DNA of 64,000 nucleotides from Podarcis muralis (taxonomy: Eukaryota). The notes beneath the pieces were generated by a model that saw only the letters and a list, made by a program, of their open reading frames with translations, did not search any database and was not told the origin of the DNA. The first letter of the stretch is position 1; every line of letters begins with the position of its first letter. Shown one piece after another: positions 60,774-64,000 of this stretch. A program made the position numbers and the translations under genes. The stretch lies in the NCBI RefSeq assembly GCF_964188315.1, contig NC_135655.1, positions 73,470,001 to 73,534,000 of the forward strand, written 5' to 3'.

Positions 60774-61709
60774 GAAAGAGGACGGATCACCAACACTCTC
60801 AAAACTCTGAACATAGTACCCCTTATGTTATTCAGGTTAGAGCACTCAGCTGTCAGAGGGAACGTTGTCAACACTTGATCCCGAAGCAACACTTGTCTTT
60901 ACCGAATCACAAGAATGTACAACTGAAACAAAGTCTATATTTAGAAACTCTCTTGTATTATCCAGCCCTTCTCGCCTGGGCCTCTTGTTTCCCGTCTCCC
61001 CCTATACTGAAACTTGGATTGGAAACTCTCAGGGCAGGGAGTTGTATTTTGTATGTCACGACAGTCTGCGGAAGCACATAGGGAACAACTGTATACATAC
61101 AACAGAGGTTCTGCAGCAGCTATGGACATTAGCATCATTTCTGGCTCATAAGCAGATGCGGTTGGTTCATCTGGCCTCCAGAGCTAGAGGGCTGCTCTCA
61201 GCAGGTAGGAAAGAAGGATGGGGCAAAACGTTTGTTGAAGCAGCAGGTTGAGATATGGTGTTGCTGCATAGTTCCTGACTATCTTGGACCTGTTAAAACA
61301 TCTGCAAAAGAGGAGCTGCAAACACCCTCCCCCAACCTGGTGCCCTCAAAGCATTTTGGACTATAAACCACATCAGCCACAGCCAACACAGCTGTCCAAA
61401 ATATGTGGAAGGCACCACACTGGGGAAAGCTGCTACACAGAAGGCAGAACCATGCTCTGCCTCATGTGAATGTGCCCTGTGGTGATGTAGTTGCAGTATT
61501 ATGTTTCAGAGGTGGAGAACCCAGGACCAAGGGTGGTATCCAACAAAGCAGTTCCCCTCCCTTTCCTCTTCCTGCACCCTCTTCAAATCTGCTCTGCAGT
61601 TGGGGGAATCCCCATAATCAATTCAAGGGGTGCATGGGCGACACACAGGGAGAGGAGGAGGGTAAGTTCTGTCTTGCAGCCCAAAATCATCGCACTAAGC
61701 TAACTAATT

Positions 61710-62001
61710 TGTTGTTGTTGTTGTTTAGTCATTTAGTCGTGTCCGACTCTTCGTGACCCCATGGACCAGAGAACGCCAGGCATCCCTGTCTTCCACTGCC
61801 TCCCGCAGCTTGGTCAGACTCATGTTTGTAGCTTCGAGAACACTGTCCAATCATCTCATCCTCTGTCGTCCCCTTCTCCTTGTGCCCTCCATCTTTCCCA
61901 ACATCAGGGTCTTTTCCAGGGAGTCTTCTCTTCTCATGAGGTGGCCAAAGTATTGGAGCCTCAGCTTCACGATCTGTCCTTCCTGTGAGCACCCAGGGCT
62001 G
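61710..62001 (-). mobile_element. BovB (RTE) LINE 3' fragment
   Basis: LRLQYFGHLMRREDSLEKTLMLGKMEGTRRRGRQRMR*LDSV...VHGVTKSRTRLND* with one premature stop; (CAA)n tail. Confidence 0.92.
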
Positions 62002-62491
62002 TTGTATACCACCCCAAATTCCTAACCTAGCTTCACTGTAAAGTTTTGGGAGTAATCACCAGCTCCCTGTGCCAAATTAGATGTTAAAAAGAGGGCCTGG
62101 TCTTATTTTCCTTGCAATGCATCAAATGTAAACTACGTGGAGGTCAACATGCCAGGCATTTCCTCACATCACTGTCTGAGGGGAGGAAGGGAGAGGTCTA
62201 CTATGCTGTCACACCTAGGGGCTGGTACATGAAGAAAAACAAGTAAAGGAATACAAAACAGCCCGGTCATTTATAAATATATTTTTGGGCATCCAGCCTA
62301 ACCTACCCTCAACAAGGGGTTTTGTGAGGAGAAACTACGTCACTTTGCAAACTTAATAGGTTTTGGCCTAGGACACTCATGCCACATAAAAAATGTTGGC
62401 CTTTAAGGTACCATGAGATTCTTTGTCGTGCTGGAAACTTACCGGTTCTGCATAAATATACATTATGAATCCTCCTAATGAATCCCCTTAC

Positions 62492-62566
62492 CTGATCCTT
62501 ATGAACGAAGCCCCAGATTCCAGCAGCCACTTCACAAGCAAACAAGATTACGAGGCATGTGAAAAA
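62492..62566 (-). CDS. CD81: CD81 exon 4 (TM3)
   Basis: FFTCLVILFACEVAAGIWGFVHKDQ; CAG..GTAAG. Confidence 0.96.
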
Positions 62567-64000
62567 CTGTGAAGAAAACAGATCAGATAAGAAAAGGAAG
62601 TAGTGCTCTCCAGTAACATAAAATGACTTTGGTAGGAGTGTGCAAATACATTTAAGGGGGTGTCAAGAGTATGAGATTAAAAAGGGTCAATAGTGAACTT
62701 CATGAATGGAGAGCCATCACTATCTCACCAGGACAATAGTGGCCTCTTTGAGAAACCACAAATCAATGTGTATTCCACATCCCCATAGAGTTCATTTCCA
62801 AGGGAATGCATTCTGCTTCTGAGCCTTCCATTTAAGGCTGCTGTCTCATTGTAAACAGTGGCTCAGTTGGCAATCAATGCTAAATCATGGTTTTGTGCAT
62901 GGGTAGGCTCTGCAGATGTTATAGACTACAACTCCCATCAGCCCAAACCAGCATGGCCAATGGCCAGGAATGATGGGAGCTGTAGTCCACAGCATCTGGA
63001 GTGAAGCATCAGATTTATGCACTCCCAACTCCTCCACCTGCAGAGTTTAGTTCGGTTTTTAAAGGATCTCAGCTTACCGCTATGTACAAACCAGAAATCC
63101 TGTTTTTTGTTTTGTTTTCATAAAGCTCCGGCTAGCTTAATAAGGCAGCTTTATAACTCATGGTTTGAAATTGAATTATGACACTGACTAGAGTCTGTTT
63201 TGCAGCAAGATATTTGGTTCATATGTCACATGAAGCAGAGTGTCTTTAAACACAGAACAGAACTTGGCAGAAGTTCTCTTCTTAGCCATGCAAAGAGGAA
63301 GAAAGCGGTGAGGGAGCACAATGTGCTAACACAGCCAGTGACTAGAAAGACCAGGATAAGTAGCACCAGCACAAAACATTGTGCACTTGCATCACAATGC
63401 CAGAAGACAATTGCAAACACTCTGGTGTAGCTGAGAAGCCTTGAGAAAAAGCCTCCTGTAGCAATATCTCAGCCATTCATGCTCATCCTCTAAAAACCAC
63501 TGGAGCAATGTTATACAGTAGTGTATTTTGGAAAGTTGCAGCAAAATCCCACTACTTTGCAGAAAGTCCTCAGACATTTGTCTACAATGCTCAAGGGACA
63601 GTTACGAGCAATTGCTACTGAGCACTTCAAGTGCCAGTGGACGTTTTATATACAGAACAGGAGAAATTACAGTGCTTCCCAGAGGACTTGCAATAGCCTG
63701 GCAGAGCACAAATAACAGAGACAGCTTCATAAGCAACAACGGGGCAGGAGAATACATGGGACTGTCCAGTGAAGTCTCCAAATTGTGATACTCTCACAAG
63801 TCTCCAATCAATTTACAAATGTAGACCACATGTAAAGGGGTGAGCTTGAGCATTCCCAGGGCAAGATAGGGGTGTTTATGCAATGAATTATAGCAACACA
63901 AAGAGGAGGGTACGTATGCACTCCATCATGGGCAAAAAAAGAAAAGGCAACCTTAAAAAAGGCAAGAGGCTCCCAAGAGGCAATGATGGTCACCAACTTG

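Noticed and set aside
62567-64000. Search for CD81 exon 3, and for TRPM5 exon 3 in 1-971
   Set aside because: No matching peptides were found; these exons lie outside the window, so the genes are not truncated or pseudogenised on this evidence.

Overview
Vertebrate genomic DNA, almost certainly a squamate reptile (inferred from Sauria SINE, BovB, CR1 and Penelope content; a lacertid is a guess). It holds the conserved TRPM5(+) / TSSC4(-) / CD81(-) block, orthologous to human 11p15.5. I reconstructed 21 TRPM5 coding exons (exons 4-24 by human numbering; 3057 nt, 1018 aa plus stop, phases consistent). Exons 1-3 lie upstream of the window, and the terminal exon is the least certain. TSSC4 has one 344-aa coding exon, a CpG-island promoter and predicted 5'UTR exons. 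CD81 exons 4-8 are present; exons 1-3 lie beyond the window end. Introns are dense in SINEs, LINE fragments, MITEs and microsatellites. The most notable non-gene signals are: (1) Penelope-type minimal hammerhead-ribozyme cassettes, including short TSD-flanked copies that start at the ribozyme stem I, two of them sense to the TRPM5 pre-mRNA, plus three decayed fossils; (2) a predicted TSSC4 5'UTR cassette exon carrying a strong-Kozak 30-codon uORF; (3) an orphan 41-bp-stem hairpin; (4) a GC-AG intron at the S6/TRP junction. Comparisons with human or zebrafish proteins are from memory and need an alignment. No prokaryotic systems or CRISPR arrays are present.
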